Part shown: one piece after another, positions 61,188 to 64,000 of the stretch
How positions within the stretch are numbered: position 1 is the first letter of the stretch
Layout: the number at the start of each line of letters is the position of its first letter
Source: Schmidtea nova
Lineage: Eukaryota
Length of the DNA stretch: 64,000 bases
Direction of reading: 5' to 3'
NCBI GenBank assembly: GCA_044892505.1
Contig: CM097882.1
Span: 298,158,001 to 298,222,000, forward strand
Notes under the pieces: model-generated
Told to the model about the DNA's origin: nothing
Seen by the model: the letters and a program-made list of their open reading frames with translations, nothing else
Databases searched by the model: none
Translations under genes and position numbers: made by a program

Positions 61188-62540
61188 AATGATTGCCAAA
61201 ATAATGATGAAAATAGTTGAACGATTAAAATGTATCAATCAAACTTTTGTTAAAAAAGAATATGAAGTCAGATACCAAAATCAAACAGTTGAAAATGAAA
61301 AAACAGCCATTGTATTACATTATATAAGTTTATTTATATTAATAATTATAATGATATTATCGGCATCCATACGGTTGGAGAAGATGTCAAATATTCCAAA
61401 GAATAATATTCCGAAAAATACTAGTATTCCGATGAATAATATTACAATGAATAATATTCCTATGAATAATATTCCGAGTAATAATTCAGATGTAAATAAT
61501 TTTGAAACTAAATTTTGTACACGTACACAACGATATATTTATAAATAAATTTTATTTTGTATTTTCAATGTCTTTGTTCATGTTGCACGTGTATTGCATT
61601 GTCTTTGTTTAAGTTGCACGCGTGTTGCAAACTTTTTGATGACTCTTATTTCTGTTGAAATACTTTGTGTCAAAAAAAAAAAATTTACTAAAATAAATTT
61701 GGTGTGAAAAAAAAAAAATTTTAAAAATTTAAAAAATTTTTGGCGCGAAAAAATAATTTTTGAAAAAAAAAAAAAAAAAAATTAGCCCCCCCGGGGGGGG
61801 TCTCGAAAAAAGTTCTTTGTTTAAAAATTTTTACGCCCACGCATTTATAAGTTCTTTGTTTAAAAAGTTCTTTGTTTAAAAAAAAAATTTTGAAAAAAAA
61901 AAATTTGTGTTAAAAAAAAAAAATTTTGTGTTGAAAAATTTTGTGTTGAAAAAATTTGTGTTGAAAAAATTTGTGTTAAAAAATTTTTGTGTTAAAAAAT
62001 TTTCAAATTTAAATTTGGCGCGAAAAAAAAAAATTTCAAAAAAAAATTTCAAAAATTTTTGGCGCGAAAAAAAAAAAAAAAAATTGACCCCCCCCGAGGG
62101 GGGGGGTTCCGAAAAAAAAAGTTCTTTTAAAATTTTCCGCCCACGCATTATGACTCATTTCTTTGTGTTTGACTCCACACATCTACCTACTCGCATATTG
62201 TATTGTTTAGAAAAATTAAATTTTCAGACAAATTGAAATTATTGAAATAATTTTTGAAAATATTGTCAGGACACATTTGTGCCAATTTTTCTGTGGAAAA
62301 AAAATTATTTTGAGAATTCTTCTTCCCATCTTTTTGTCTGTGGTTTATGACGTCCAATCAGTTTGTAATTTAATTACAAGACTTTTGGACCAATAAAAAC
62401 ATGCTTGTTAAGTGAATATTAGTTTATAGTTTCGTTATTATTTGCAAGTCTATAATTGAGATTTTGAGATTTTGTTCAGTTAAAGTGTAACAACTTTATT
62501 GTATGTCTGATAAGTGAAAGCCTTTGCCACACTGGGGTTT
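61186..62540 (-). repeat. Right TIR of Polinton A (~1.35 kb)
   Basis: Inverted copy of 44576-46075 with fewer AACACAAATTTTT units. Includes ORF 61189-61548, a duplicate of the membrane-protein 3' half. Confidence 0.95.
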
Positions 62541-64000
62541 TTACTTTTTATGGAAAACTGTTTTTTTCCAGTTCAGTGAACTGTTGTTTAGTTTTCAACA
62601 ATATTAGTGTCCAAGTAGAGGAAATTCCATGGAAACTTAATATCGCTTGAATATCTTTGTTAAGGTAGGTTTTGTTAGAAATCTACATCTTATATTTATT
62701 AATTTTAATCATTCTTATTTATGAACAAATGTTCAATTAGTTTGTTTAAATATTGAGATTTGGCATTTGTCATAAAATATAATTTAAAAGTGTATTAATG
62801 AATGCAGAGCATCGGCGCCTCTTTCAAAGGGCGCTTATAAAGTAGAATTTTAGTCTCTATTTATTATCTCAAATAAAACGATTAAAAAGAATTTTAGGTT
62901 TTAATGTAATTCATAATGTAATTGATGAATTTGCAAGTTTAAAAGCTAGAAAATTAAATATCAAGAATAATAGTTTTGTCTGTTTTTATACAAAATTTTA
63001 TTCATTGTAAGTCATGTTACAGAATAATATTGTTTCAATCAAATAAAAAAATATATAAACAAAATAAAACCTTTTTTTTTCAGTTGAAAAATAATTATTA
63101 ATTTTTTAATGTTTTTAATTACAAATTTAACATTGACAATTAAATTACGTTAAGTCCAAAAAAAACAATAAAATAGTACTCCTAAAAAATGGGCGTATAA
63201 AATGAATTTTGTATCGGGCGCTACTAATGCTAGAACTATGCTGTTACTAATCATAAACTTTGTTGATCATGGAGTACTCTTTCAAAAATTTATATTAGTA
63301 TCAGTATAAGAGGATAATTTTTAGTTATATTTGTTGGGTTTTGAAAAAAAATTTACGCTGCACTTTCCCGCGTAAGGTTAAGTCTCCCTAATGGAAGATT
63401 GCTTTTTCTGGTACGCGAAATTGATTTGATTTGCTGATACTATCTTTTTTATACCGTCAAGTTCACTAACCCTTTGAAAATTCTCGTATTCACGAAATAT
63501 CTCTCCGAACAATCTGCACGGTTACAAGTTTATTTCCTTCTTTTCCTAATTAAAAGTTTCTCTATTTTGATTTGATTACTGAGCTGCAACTCTCAATCAT
63601 CTATTCTTATTGCAATTTGTCGAGTTTTCTTTTCTTAGTCAATTTGTCTAAAATAAATATGTTTATCTAAAATTCGGATTCCCTTACCTCTCGGATTTTC
63701 CTTTTACCACGGGGTTTCCCTATAGTTAATTTTGTTGGGGTAATTGGATTAAGAACAGTAGAGAAATAATGGCGCATGATTTTTGGAGTGGAAATCTATT
63801 ATATATTGTAAATCTGCTCAATAGGTTTCTTGAGTACTTATTTAGAATTAAGGAAATATATAATTTAAATTTGATTTCCGCTATTTCACAATTCATAAAA
63901 AATACTTTAAAAATAACGGGGTAAGAACCATATTGTCATTTAAATAAAAATCCATCTCTCTTGTAGATTCATCAAATCCATATTCAGTTTTCACACACAA

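Larger units (their letters stand above)
44583..62533 (+). mobile_element. Polinton A: near-complete Polinton/Maverick (adintovirus-type) endogenous virus, ~18 kb
   Basis: AGT...ACT ends (inverted identity extends 7 bp further out), long TIRs, and pPolB, rve integrase, ATPase, major and minor capsid and protease genes. Confidence 0.97.

Noticed and set aside
1-64000. rRNA, tRNA or other structured RNA genes; bacterial contamination
   Set aside because: No recognisable rRNA or tRNA sequence by eye (a tRNAscan-SE/Infernal run would be decisive); spliceosomal introns and eukaryotic transposons throughout argue against contamination.

Overview
AT-rich eukaryotic DNA, probably from an animal with compact introns (host introns 42-58 nt). 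Mobile DNA dominates; there are two N gaps (2978-3477, 60961-61127). Two large structures stand out. (1) A 22,485-bp Buster-type hAT unit (17682-40166) has perfect 16-bp TIRs and a perfect 8-bp TSD (TTCTACTG). It sits in the last bases of a pogo/Tigger TIR and encloses a Polinton-end hairpin, a hATm transposon, an NAE1 fragment, the 5' half of a puromycin-sensitive aminopeptidase gene with its introns, and a second Polinton remnant. (2) An essentially complete ~18-kb Polinton/Maverick (adintovirus-type) endogenous virus (44583-62533) has ~1.35-1.5-kb TIRs and encodes pPolB, rve integrase, packaging ATPase, major and minor capsid proteins and a cysteine protease. Unusually, it also has a TBP-like gene, an LxCxE-bearing ORF, six TTTCGCGCCAAA E2F-type sites in its TIRs and at least seven predicted spliceosomal introns, four of them building a multi-exon leader in frame with the polymerase. 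As assembled it carries three in-frame TGA stops and two frameshifts. Also present: an ARF pseudogene, a GSK3-like pseudokinase, and Merlin, Chapaev3, solo-LTR, MITE and polB relics. All family assignments come from motif recognition, not database searches.
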